From Candidatus Saccharimonadota bacterium (GTDB taxonomy: Archaea > Micrarchaeota > Micrarchaeia > Micrarchaeales > Micrarchaeaceae), in NCBI RefSeq assembly GCF_002214165.1, contig NZ_CP019964.1:120001-152000 (forward strand): a stretch of 32,000 nt of DNA. Direction: 5' to 3'. Shown here one piece after another: positions 17,657-25,655 of the stretch. Below the pieces are notes generated by a model, which saw only the letters and a list, made by a program, of their open reading frames with translations, made no database searches and was not told the DNA's origin. The translations under genes and the position numbers were made by a program. Within the stretch, counting starts at the first letter, position 1, and every line of letters begins with the position of its first letter.

Positions 17657-17888
17657 CCACGCTGGCTTGCAAATTACATTGTCCGCATCACGGGCATTTT
17701 GCAGTTCCCTGCCGTTTAACAAAAGGTATTTATAGTTATGCAACAAATATAAAAATACTAACGGAGTAACATCCATAAAACCCACTTATAGGGCAGTTAG
17801 TTTTAATCAAGGTTTAATCAGGGTTAAGTTTTATACGGTTAAATTAAATCTTACCAATTAATCAACATTATCAAAAGGTTGAATTTTT

Positions 17889-18356
17889 ATGGCAAAACTT
17901 CATACAAAAAGACATGGAAAATCAGGATCCCTTAAGCCAATAATGGAAAAAGGACAACTTCCGGAAGGCTTAAAAGTGAACAAGGAGGAAATAGAGAAAC
18001 TTATCGTGGATTATGCCCAGCACGGAATGCCTCCTGCATTGATAGGTGAAACGCTGAAGAAAGAAAAAGGCGTAGGTTACATAAAGCAGATAACAGGGAA
18101 AAGGCTGATGCAGATACTTAAGGACAATAACATGAAATTTGATCTTCCTCCAGATTTAATGGATCTGATGAAAAAAGCGGTAAGGCTGAACAAACATATG
18201 GCCAACAATCACATGGATGTGCATAACAAAATAAGACTAAAGAGAGTAGAATCTAAGATATGGAGGCTTACAAAATACTACATCAACGAAGGAGTATTGC
18301 CTGAAGGCTGGAGATACAACGCACAGCAAGCAGAATTACTTATAAAGAGAGTGTAA
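17889..18356 (+). CDS. rps15: 30S ribosomal protein S15 (uS15, archaeal S15P/S13e type).
   Basis: 155 aa. The N-terminus MAKLHTKRHGKSGS is typical of archaeal S15. An SD-like AAGGTTGA lies about 8 nt upstream. Confidence 0.85.
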   Translation: MAKLHTKRHGKSGSLKPIMEKGQLPEGLKVNKEEIEKLIVDYAQHGMPPALIGETLKKEKGVGYIKQITGKRLMQILKDNNMKFDLPPDLMDLMKKAVRLNKHMANNHMDVHNKIRLKRVESKIWRLTKYYINEGVLPEGWRYNAQQAELLIKRV

Positions 18357-18360
18357 TTAT

Positions 18361-18927
18361 ATGGCTCTACAAAAAAAAGATAACTGGAAATTTAAAAAAT
18401 GGTTTACCGTTTACGCACCTGCCGTATTTGGGGGGAACATAGTTGTAGGAGAAATGCCTGCAAACAGCGACAAGAATATACTGAATAGAAATATACGTAT
18501 ATCCCTTAATTCACTTACAAATAATCCATCCCATATGTATACAACAGCAGTGTTAAAAGTAAACGAAGTAAATGGGGATAACTTAAACACAAAACTTTCA
18601 GAACTTAGGTTGCCTTACAGCTACCTAAGGTCTTTAGTAAGGAGATATAGGAGCATATCAAATTCAAGAGTTGAAGGAGTTACAAAGGACGGCATAAAGA
18701 CCGTGATTAAGTCCTTGGTAGTTACAAGGGAAAGATCCCCACACACAAAGATTGTCGGGATACGCAAAGAGATGACAGACTACATAAACAAAACTCTTCC
18801 CAACCTGACCTATGACGAGGTTGTAAAGTCTATAATGGAAGGCAGGCTTCAGTCTGACATAAAGTCTTCCGTAGAGCATATAGCAAAGGTAAATAGGGTA
18901 GAAGTAGTGGCCTTGGAATTCAAATAA
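18361..18927 (+). CDS. rps3ae: 30S ribosomal protein S3Ae (eS1).
   Basis: 188 aa. KKDNWKFKKWFTVYAPAVFGGNIVGE matches the conserved S3Ae N-terminal pattern (K.W..K.W..V.AP..F). The gene starts 4 nt after rps15. Confidence 0.8.
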   Translation: MALQKKDNWKFKKWFTVYAPAVFGGNIVVGEMPANSDKNILNRNIRISLNSLTNNPSHMYTTAVLKVNEVNGDNLNTKLSELRLPYSYLRSLVRRYRSISNSRVEGVTKDGIKTVIKSLVVTRERSPHTKIVGIRKEMTDYINKTLPNLTYDEVVKSIMEGRLQSDIKSSVEHIAKVNRVEVVALEFK

Positions 18928-18930
18928 TCT

Positions 18931-18950
18931 AATTTTTAATTTAATTTTAA
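18931..18950 (+). terminator. Oligo-T tract (AATTTTTAATTTAATTTTAA) in the convergent spacer after rps3ae.
   Basis: T5 and T4 runs lie immediately after the stop codon. Archaeal transcription terminates at oligo-T tracts. The 57-nt spacer is shared with the convergent minus-strand gene. Confidence 0.3.
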
Positions 18951-18984
18951 ATTTGAATAATGTTTAGCTACGCCTTTGTCCAGA

Positions 18985-19326
18985 TCAGGTATAACTTACT
19001 AACACCACTCCTATAAATATAAGGATTACGCCTGCCCATCTTAGGTAAGTCACGTTTTCCAAAAGAACTAATCTTGACAATATAACCGCAACAATATAAC
19101 TTATTCCGCTTACACTATATGCCCAACTTAAATGCACTCTACTCAGTACATAGAAATATATCACAGTTGACAGCCCATAAGCCGCAAGGCCAAGAACCAT
19201 CATCAACGACCCATAGTCAAATGCGGTACCCAAAAGCGTCAATGAGTACTTAAAGAAAAGCTGCCCAAAGCTGCCTAATAATGCAGACGATGAAAGGACT
19301 AAAAGATACAGCAGTTTTTTATTCAT
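18985..19326 (-). CDS. Small 4-TM membrane protein, a half-size DMT-superfamily (EamA / SMR / ArnE-F-like) transporter subunit.
   Basis: 113 aa, entirely hydrophobic helices. It is paralogous to the upstream 122-aa ORF (ALLGSFGQLFFKYSL vs ALIASLSQIAFKTSL). A 9-nt gap separates it from the partner gene. Confidence 0.6.
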   Translation of the reverse strand: MNKKLLYLLVLSSSALLGSFGQLFFKYSLTLLGTAFDYGSLMMVLGLAAYGLSTVIYFYVLSRVHLSWAYSVSGISYIVAVILSRLVLLENVTYLRWAGVILIFIGVVLVSYT

Positions 19327-19335
19327 AAATATTAC

Positions 19336-19704
19336 CTAATATGATATTGCGACTATCAATATGCCCAGGAATATGACAGATATCCCGATGTACCTTATTA
19401 AGCTAATCTTCTCATGGAGAAGGAATTTGGAAAATAAGGTGACAAATATGAAGCTGCTTGCAAATATTGGATAGACAACCGAAAGAGGTGCACGATCCAA
19501 GGCGAAAAGATAAATAACCAGGCTAACAGCATAACCCAGCAGCCCGAGGAGTATCATTTTATCTGAGAAGACCTTTTTAATAAGCATCAATAAACTCAAA
19601 CCAGATTTTCCCAAGCTTGTCTTAAATGCAATCTGTGACAAAGAAGCTATCAATGCCGCAAAAAGCGTTAAAAATATAATTATATATATAATCATTGTAA
19701 TCAC
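19336..19704 (-). CDS. Small 4-TM membrane protein, the second half-size DMT/SMR-like subunit of the pair.
   Basis: 122 aa from GTG 19704. ATG at 19695 (MIIYIIIF...) is the more likely start. The protein is a paralogue of the downstream 113-aa ORF. Confidence 0.6.
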   Translation of the reverse strand: MITMIIYIIIFLTLFAALIASLSQIAFKTSLGKSGLSLLMLIKKVFSDKMILLGLLGYAVSLVIYLFALDRAPLSVVYPIFASSFIFVTLFSKFLLHEKISLIRYIGISVIFLGILIVAISY

Positions 19705-19977
19705 ATGTCACAAGAAGAATTGGGCAGGGAGTTTTTTATATCCATCATAACAGTTTTAATGACTATTATTTCAATAATAGTATTTATAATATATGGTGGC
19801 AATTATCTATTCTATATTTTTATATCTTTAACGATAATCATAGGAGTAGTAAACGCATGGATGATAGACAAGAAGAGCAATAAGGAAGAGCTTGCGAAGG
19901 GAAAACCTTCTAAGAAAGAAAAGCTACCTTCTGCAAAAGTCAGGAATGGAAAGAAGCAAAATCCAAAAAGCGATTAA
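19705..19977 (+). CDS. Small hypothetical membrane protein (2 TM) with a lysine-rich C-terminal tail.
   Basis: 90 aa. Two hydrophobic helices are followed by KKSNKEELAKGKPSKKEKLPSAKVRNGKKQNPKSD. A TATA-like AAAAATATAATTATATATA is centred about 25 nt upstream of the ATG. Confidence 0.5.
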   Translation: MSQEELGREFFISIITVLMTIISIIVFIIYGGNYLFYIFISLTIIIGVVNAWMIDKKSNKEELAKGKPSKKEKLPSAKVRNGKKQNPKSD

Positions 19978-20041
19978 ATTGATTAACTTTTTAAAATTTA
20001 ACAAAAATACCAATTCAGTAAAATAAACCCCAGGAAGTTTT

Positions 20042-22264
20042 ATGACAAATACGCTTATAATAGCAGAGAAGCCAAGTGTAGCAGCTAGGATAGCTGAAGC
20101 TATAGGCGATTCCAGGCCAGAATCAAAGTCTAACGGCAGATACAGGTATTACGAGATAAATTCAGGAGGGCAAAAGATATTCATCGCTCCTGCGGTAGGG
20201 CATTTGTTCACAATAAAACAGAAGGGGTCAGCCCATGGTTATCCTGTGCTTGATGTGGAATGGGCGCCTTCTTATGCGGTAAGCAAGAACTCCGCCTTTA
20301 CTAAAGGTTACCTAGATACTTTAAGAAAGCTCTCCGAAAACTGCGACTATTTCATAAATGCATGCGATTATGATACAGAAGGGACTGTAATAGGCACAAA
20401 CATAATAAAGGATGTGACTAAACAGGACCTGGCCAGTTTGAATGGAAAGGCGCACAGGATGAAATTCTCTACTACGACTGACAAGGATTTGCGCGAATCA
20501 TACAAAAACATTGAGCCGTTAGATTTAAACAATTATTACGCAGGTGAGACAAGGCACATATTGGACTGGCTTTGGGGGATAAACTTCAGCAGGGCCCTAA
20601 CTGCAGCCTTGTGGGGTTCACTAAAGAAACCTTTAAGCATAGGAAGGGTCCAAGGGCCAACCCTATCGATCTTATCAACAAGAGAGCTTGAGATAAAGGA
20701 TTTCAAGCCAGAGCCATTCTGGAAGATAACTGGGGAGATAAAAGGTGTGAAGTTTACGAATTCCAAGGGAAACATATTTGATAAGAGCATAGCAGAGCTT
20801 GCTTTTAAAAATACCGAATTGCATCTTGATGAAGGAAGGATTGAAAAAATAGATGTAAAAGAGGAAAGCAAGCAGCCCCCACCTCCATTTGATCTGACCT
20901 CCTTGCAGATAGAGGCAAGCCACGTGCTAAATCTTGATCCCTCAGTGACGCTTTCAATAGCACAAAGCTTATACGAAAAGTCATATATATCTTACCCAAG
21001 GACTTCATCGCAAAAGCTTCCTTACACCTTGGGGTTGCCATCAATAATATCAGAGATAGCCAAGAATCCAGAATACAGGGATATAGCACAATCCCTGCTG
21101 TCCAGGAAAAGGTTCAAGCCAGTCGAAGGCAAAAAAACGGACGAAGCCCATCCATCCGTATTCCCTACCGGTGTTCTTCCAAAAGAACTATCAAGGCAGG
21201 AGCAGCAGCTTTATGATCTGGTAACCCGCCGTTTCCTATCCTGTTTTGAAGAGAATGCATCTATAATGCACACGAATATATCTGCAGCATTCGGAGATGA
21301 AAAATACAAAGCATCAGGTGCAAGGATTACAAAGAAGGGATGGATGGATACGTACAAATACGCAAAGCTCTCCGAAGTCGAGCTTCCAGAGTTCCTGCAA
21401 AACGAGCCTGTAAAGCTGGACAACCCAAACATGGCGGAACTGAAAACACAGCCCCCTAAAAGATATACAAAAGCAGGCATAATTGCAGAATTAGAAAAAA
21501 GAGGATTGGGCACAAAGGCAACAAGGGCTGCTATAGTAGATACCCTTTTCAAGAGGAACTACGTAACAGGCCAGCAGCTTCAGGTAACTGATTTTGGACT
21601 AGCCGTTTATAATGCGCTGTTGCATAACTGCGAAATGATAATTGATGAAAAGACAACAAGGAAGCTTGACAAGGACCTTGAGGAAATAATAGACAACAAG
21701 ATTACCGAAAATGATGTCATATCAGAAGGGAAAAAACTCCTTTTGGAGGCCCTTAAAGTATTTGACGAGCACAAGGTGCAGATAGGAAATGAATTAAAAT
21801 CGTCCTTCAAATCAGTAAATTCCTTAGGAAAATGCCCTAAATGCGGAGGCGACTTAGTCATAAGGCATTCACATATAGGGAAGCAGTTCGTTGCCTGCTC
21901 AAACTATCCAAACTGCACTGTCACTTATCCTCTGCCACAATCCGCAAAGATAGTTCCAACAGGTAAGGTTTGCGAACACTGCAAGACGCCAATTGTAAAG
22001 GTAATCCGCAAAGGAAAGAAATCTTTTGAGATGGACTTGGATCCGAACTGCATTACTAAAAAGGCGTATTACGAAAAGGCAAACAAGCAACCGCAGGAAT
22101 CAAGTAACCCTGTAAATGCAGTTACCGCCAAATCAATGCTCGACAAATCCACACAAAAACCTAAAAAAACGAAGACACGCAAGAAAAGCAGCACAAAAAA
22201 GAGGGCAACATCTGCCAAGAGCAAGGCCAAACAGGCAAAGGCTCCAAAGACAAAAGGCGATTAA
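20042..22264 (+). CDS. topA: DNA topoisomerase, type IA (TopA / Topo III-like), with two C-terminal zinc ribbons and a lysine-rich tail.
   Basis: Toprim start LIIAEKPSVAARIAEAIG. Catalytic-Tyr motif SYISYPRTSSQ. Zn ribbons CPKCGG...CSNYPNC and CEHCKTP. The tail is KPKKTKTRKKSSTKKRATSAKSKAKQAKAPKTKGD. Confidence 0.85.
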   Translation: MTNTLIIAEKPSVAARIAEAIGDSRPESKSNGRYRYYEINSGGQKIFIAPAVGHLFTIKQKGSAHGYPVLDVEWAPSYAVSKNSAFTKGYLDTLRKLSENCDYFINACDYDTEGTVIGTNIIKDVTKQDLASLNGKAHRMKFSTTTDKDLRESYKNIEPLDLNNYYAGETRHILDWLWGINFSRALTAALWGSLKKPLSIGRVQGPTLSILSTRELEIKDFKPEPFWKITGEIKGVKFTNSKGNIFDKSIAELAFKNTELHLDEGRIEKIDVKEESKQPPPPFDLTSLQIEASHVLNLDPSVTLSIAQSLYEKSYISYPRTSSQKLPYTLGLPSIISEIAKNPEYRDIAQSLLSRKRFKPVEGKKTDEAHPSVFPTGVLPKELSRQEQQLYDLVTRRFLSCFEENASIMHTNISAAFGDEKYKASGARITKKGWMDTYKYAKLSEVELPEFLQNEPVKLDNPNMAELKTQPPKRYTKAGIIAELEKRGLGTKATRAAIVDTLFKRNYVTGQQLQVTDFGLAVYNALLHNCEMIIDEKTTRKLDKDLEEIIDNKITENDVISEGKKLLLEALKVFDEHKVQIGNELKSSFKSVNSLGKCPKCGGDLVIRHSHIGKQFVACSNYPNCTVTYPLPQSAKIVPTGKVCEHCKTPIVKVIRKGKKSFEMDLDPNCITKKAYYEKANKQPQESSNPVNAVTAKSMLDKSTQKPKKTKTRKKSSTKKRATSAKSKAKQAKAPKTKGD

Positions 22265-22903
22265 TTGTCTAATTTGATATATATTCCACCATCTTATAAA
22301 AAGCTCAAGAGAGGCCCGCAGGTAATATTGCCCAAGGATATAGGGATAATAATAGCGTATTCTGGAATAGACAAAAACAGCACATGCGTTGACGCAGGCA
22401 CTGGAAGCGGCTGGCTTGCAGTAAGCTTGGCTAAAGTATGCAAAAAAGTAACAAGCTATGAATTGAGGGAGGATTTTGCAAAGATAGCTGAGAAAAACAA
22501 GGTTATCGCGAATGTACCTAACCTAAAGATTAAACTGCAGGATATAACAAAAGGTATCAAGGAAAAAGATATTGATTTGGTAACATTGGATTTTCCCGGA
22601 TCCGAGAAAGCTGTAAGGACAGCCCACAAGTGCCTTAAGTCAGGAGGGTGCATAGTAGGATATCTCCCCAATGTCGAGCAGGTAAAAAAATTCGTTACCA
22701 AGCTTAACTATTACAAGTTCTATGAAATTGAAACATTTGAAGTTATAGTTAGGGATATATTAGTGCGCAAAGAAGGTGTAAGGCCATCAACTAAAGGAGT
22801 ATGGCACACAGCTTATCTTACTTTTGGAAGGAACCACGCAAAAATCAAAAATCAAGCAACTGCAAAACCAAAATTTATAGAGAAGCAAGTAAGCAAAATA
22901 TAA
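22265..22903 (+). CDS. trmI: tRNA (adenine-N1)-methyltransferase, TrmI/Gcd14-like (short form); SAM-dependent.
   Basis: KRGPQVILPKDIGIIIAYSGI followed by the SAM motif VDAGTGSGWLAVSLA and DLVTLDFPG fits the TrmI pattern. The only in-frame starts ahead of the conserved block are TTG at 22265 and TTG at 22274. The ORF abuts the topA stop with a 0-nt gap. Confidence 0.6.
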   Translation: MSNLIYIPPSYKKLKRGPQVILPKDIGIIIAYSGIDKNSTCVDAGTGSGWLAVSLAKVCKKVTSYELREDFAKIAEKNKVIANVPNLKIKLQDITKGIKEKDIDLVTLDFPGSEKAVRTAHKCLKSGGCIVGYLPNVEQVKKFVTKLNYYKFYEIETFEVIVRDILVRKEGVRPSTKGVWHTAYLTFGRNHAKIKNQATAKPKFIEKQVSKI

Positions 22904-22909
22904 ATATTA
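22896..22909 (+). promoter_or_regulatory. TATA-like element (AAAATATAAATATT) for the J-domain protein gene, with leaderless geometry.
   Basis: Centred about 25 nt upstream of ATG 22927, with no SD-like sequence. It overlaps the 3' end of trmI. Confidence 0.4.
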
Positions 22910-22926
22910 ATTGAAACAAAATAATT

Positions 22927-25365
22927 ATGACTTATATGTTGGAGTTGCTCGTGATAGTTCCGTTGGTATTCAGTTTCAATGCAGTACTGCCACTCATACC
23001 TTTGATCATAATAATAATACTTATAGCTGCCGCTGCCGGAATGACAAGAGGCTTCAGCATATTTGCATTTTTCGGCCTAGACGCATTAATGGGAGTTACC
23101 CAAGGAACTGGCGGAGGCAGGGCAGGAAAGGGAGTAAGAAGCGTAAATTACAACAGGTCTGCAGGTCCAAGGTCAAATGCCTCAAAGCGTGTACCAAGAG
23201 GCCTAGTTACTAATAAACTTAAAAAACGTAAACTAACCAAGCAGGATACAAAGATAAGGGCTATGAAAGAAGCAATGGGTAAAAATTATGATCCAAAATG
23301 GAGAACTAAAAGAGGTTCTGTAAGAGAAGGAAATAAGGAACTAAAAAAGACAACGAAAGAATATAATGAATTCCTTAGCAATTTAAAAAAGACTCCAAGT
23401 AAGATGGCCCAGACAGGCTCAAGCACTAAATATCCAAATACAACAGGAGCAATGAAATTTGCGACATCAGTCTTAGGGTCCTCTTTTATACTTTCGCAGA
23501 ATAATTCAAATAAAACTCAGGCGGCGTTAGCAAAAGACTATGTAAAGAACAAGTCAAAAGAATACTACAAGGAGGTGAAGGAGCAGGAAAGGCAGCAAAG
23601 GCCATTAGCGGTTCTTAAAAGAAGGAAGGAAGCCCGCATGAGAGATCTAAAGCTGTACAAAGAGAGGCTTGAAGAGCTTTACAAAGCCCAGAACCAGAAG
23701 ATACCTCCTTCAACCAAATTAAAAAGCAACGGACTAACGCAGGATCAAATTGACGAGGTCAACAAGAGGATGGGCAAAGCCACATTTTTTGCAAAGCACT
23801 CCTTCCTGGGTACTGGAGCGGAATTTTACAGGACTGCAGCCAATACTATTCTCAACACACAAGACAAGATGCTTACGCAGCTATACGGAAAAGACTACGA
23901 TTCAAAAGCAAAAGGGCTAATAAATATGGTGGCAACAGGCAATGTTGTCAAAAGTTCACTTAGCCAGAAAGACCAGGAACTATATGACTTGTACAAAACC
24001 TATGACCTAGACAAAGGGGGGACAAGTGCAAATGTCATCAATCATATGTATGTAGGAGGCAACTATAATCCCGATACGAAAACCCTCAGTCAGCAGGTAA
24101 GAGAAGACATCAAGCACAATATGTTTCATCCGTTTAAGCAAGCAGCAATGGAGATAGGGTATAAGGATAAACGTGGATCGGTCGATTACAAAAATTATTA
24201 CAAGGCAACTTACGGGCAGGATCTGCCATCAGGGATAATGACGTCAAACAAGTATTACTTCGACTTGGTAAAGACCATTAAGGCGGACCACACCCCACCC
24301 CCACTTCCAATAATCAACACAAACAAGCCACCAAATGTTATCAGAGTGATGAATACCGATGACAATGGAAATCCTATGTACCGCAAGAATGGCAACAGAG
24401 TGGAGACTTTCCTAGTTGAAAACCACACCGAGGATGGCGGTGTCAGCTACGGATTTGCCAACAAGGAACAAATAGAATCATTGCGCAAGTACGAACTGGA
24501 ACACGGGAATAAGTATCTGGAAGAGAAGTACAAGAACGATAAAAGATCATGGCACGACATAGTATATGGGATAGGAGAAAAGAACAGCAATGTAAGCTCC
24601 GAAGCAGAGTACGACAAGGAAGGAAGCCGCAAACTCAAGACAGGGAATTACAATGACAGGAGGGAGCGCGATATCGATAATGGCACCACATTTAACTACA
24701 ATAAGGCCACTTATGAAAATGCAGGAAGAATGGACATGTATAATATAAAGGAGAATTTATTGAAAAAGAACGAAGATGATGAGAATATACTGAAAAGCCA
24801 TACAGTGCTGTCAATAAACAAGGATAAAAACAATGACCTGATTACCACAGATAATGATTCAAGCACGCCCCCAACTCCAAATGCAATGCAGAAATATAAA
24901 CCTACTTATCCATCAAATGACACAAAGGGGGCAACCGATAATAATACCGGGATATCTCAATATTCCCAAGAACCAAACGCTCAAACAACACAGGTAATGC
25001 TTTATACAAACATCATCCCGTTCTCCAATTCAGCTGGATCCGAATCAGATAGCTATTATTCTAACAATGGTTACTCCCATGATTACCACTCACACACTTA
25101 TTACTCAAATAATTACTCCTCTTCTTCATCGTCATCTTCAAACAGCACTTCACAGAGCATAAACACATCCCAGGATCCCTACTCAATATTAGGGATTGAA
25201 AGAGATTCATCCTATGAAGAAATAAGGAGGGCTTACCATAAATTAGCTCTAAAGTACCATCCAGATGTCCATTCAGGTAGGAGAGAGGAAGCAGAAGAAA
25301 AATTCAAGAAAATAGCAAATGCATACGAAGAAGCGATATACAAAAATGAGCATAAAGCGCAGTAA
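22927..25365 (+). CDS. Membrane-anchored 812-aa protein with a C-terminal J domain (DnaJ-like, HPD motif).
   Basis: N-terminal hydrophobic helices LELLVIVPLVFSFNAVLPLIPLIIIIILIAAAAG and FSIFAFFGLDALMG. A long K/N/Y-rich middle and an S/Y/N low-complexity tract follow. The C-terminal J domain is DPYSILGIERDSSYEEIRRAYHKLALKYHPDVH...KFKKIANAYEEA (25174-25362, HPD at 25258-25266). Confidence 0.8.
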   Translation: MTYMLELLVIVPLVFSFNAVLPLIPLIIIIILIAAAAGMTRGFSIFAFFGLDALMGVTQGTGGGRAGKGVRSVNYNRSAGPRSNASKRVPRGLVTNKLKKRKLTKQDTKIRAMKEAMGKNYDPKWRTKRGSVREGNKELKKTTKEYNEFLSNLKKTPSKMAQTGSSTKYPNTTGAMKFATSVLGSSFILSQNNSNKTQAALAKDYVKNKSKEYYKEVKEQERQQRPLAVLKRRKEARMRDLKLYKERLEELYKAQNQKIPPSTKLKSNGLTQDQIDEVNKRMGKATFFAKHSFLGTGAEFYRTAANTILNTQDKMLTQLYGKDYDSKAKGLINMVATGNVVKSSLSQKDQELYDLYKTYDLDKGGTSANVINHMYVGGNYNPDTKTLSQQVREDIKHNMFHPFKQAAMEIGYKDKRGSVDYKNYYKATYGQDLPSGIMTSNKYYFDLVKTIKADHTPPPLPIINTNKPPNVIRVMNTDDNGNPMYRKNGNRVETFLVENHTEDGGVSYGFANKEQIESLRKYELEHGNKYLEEKYKNDKRSWHDIVYGIGEKNSNVSSEAEYDKEGSRKLKTGNYNDRRERDIDNGTTFNYNKATYENAGRMDMYNIKENLLKKNEDDENILKSHTVLSINKDKNNDLITTDNDSSTPPTPNAMQKYKPTYPSNDTKGATDNNTGISQYSQEPNAQTTQVMLYTNIIPFSNSAGSESDSYYSNNGYSHDYHSHTYYSNNYSSSSSSSSNSTSQSINTSQDPYSILGIERDSSYEEIRRAYHKLALKYHPDVHSGRREEAEEKFKKIANAYEEAIYKNEHKAQ

Positions 25366-25504
25366 GCCTCAAGTAATCCTTAATAAATGATAAATGGTCA
25401 GCAAGCGGGTAAACAATAAAGCAATATTAACTTAAGATGAAGTAAAATTTATCATAATAAATAAAAGATTAATAAATTCTTCTAAGAAATAAATAACTGA
25501 ATAA

Positions 25505-25596
25505 AGCCCCATCGTCTAGTGGACATTTCTTACGAAACCAAAAAAGGACAGCAGGCTCTGGACCTGTAAACACCAGTTCGAATCTGGTTGGGGCTA
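25505..25596 (+). tRNA. tRNA-Gln (anticodon CUG) with a 28-nt D-loop, i.e. a probable non-canonical intron of about 20 nt. No CCA is encoded.
   Basis: Hand-folded. Acceptor stem AGCCCCA/TGGGGCT (A1:U72, as in archaeal tRNA-Gln). D-stem GTCT/GGAC (25514-17 / 25546-49). Anticodon stem GCAGG/CCTGT with loop CTCTGGA (CTG at 25558-60). T-arm ACCAG-TTCGAAT-CTGGT. Discriminator A at 25596. The D-loop spans 25518-25545. Confidence 0.8.
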
Positions 25597-25655
25597 CTCA
25601 AATTCTATTTGAGAGAGCTTATCAATAAAAGTTCAAGGTATTAAGGAGTAATAAA

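Noticed and set aside
22911-23213. 100-aa ORF overlapping the 5' end of the J-domain protein gene in another frame.
   Set aside because: The 22927 frame continues for 812 codons, has TM helices and ends in a J domain. The 100-aa frame is Arg/Cys-rich noise, and its ATG does not fit the TATA spacing as well.
25521-25550. Direct repeat GGACA...GGACA (25521-25 and 25546-50) flanking most of the tRNA D-loop insertion, considered as a target-site duplication of a mini mobile insertion or as the intron boundaries.
   Set aside because: Excising the 25 nt between the repeats would leave a 3-nt D-loop without G18/G19, so this cannot be the mature form. Five nt is too short to distinguish from chance, and the second copy is simply the D-stem 3' strand.
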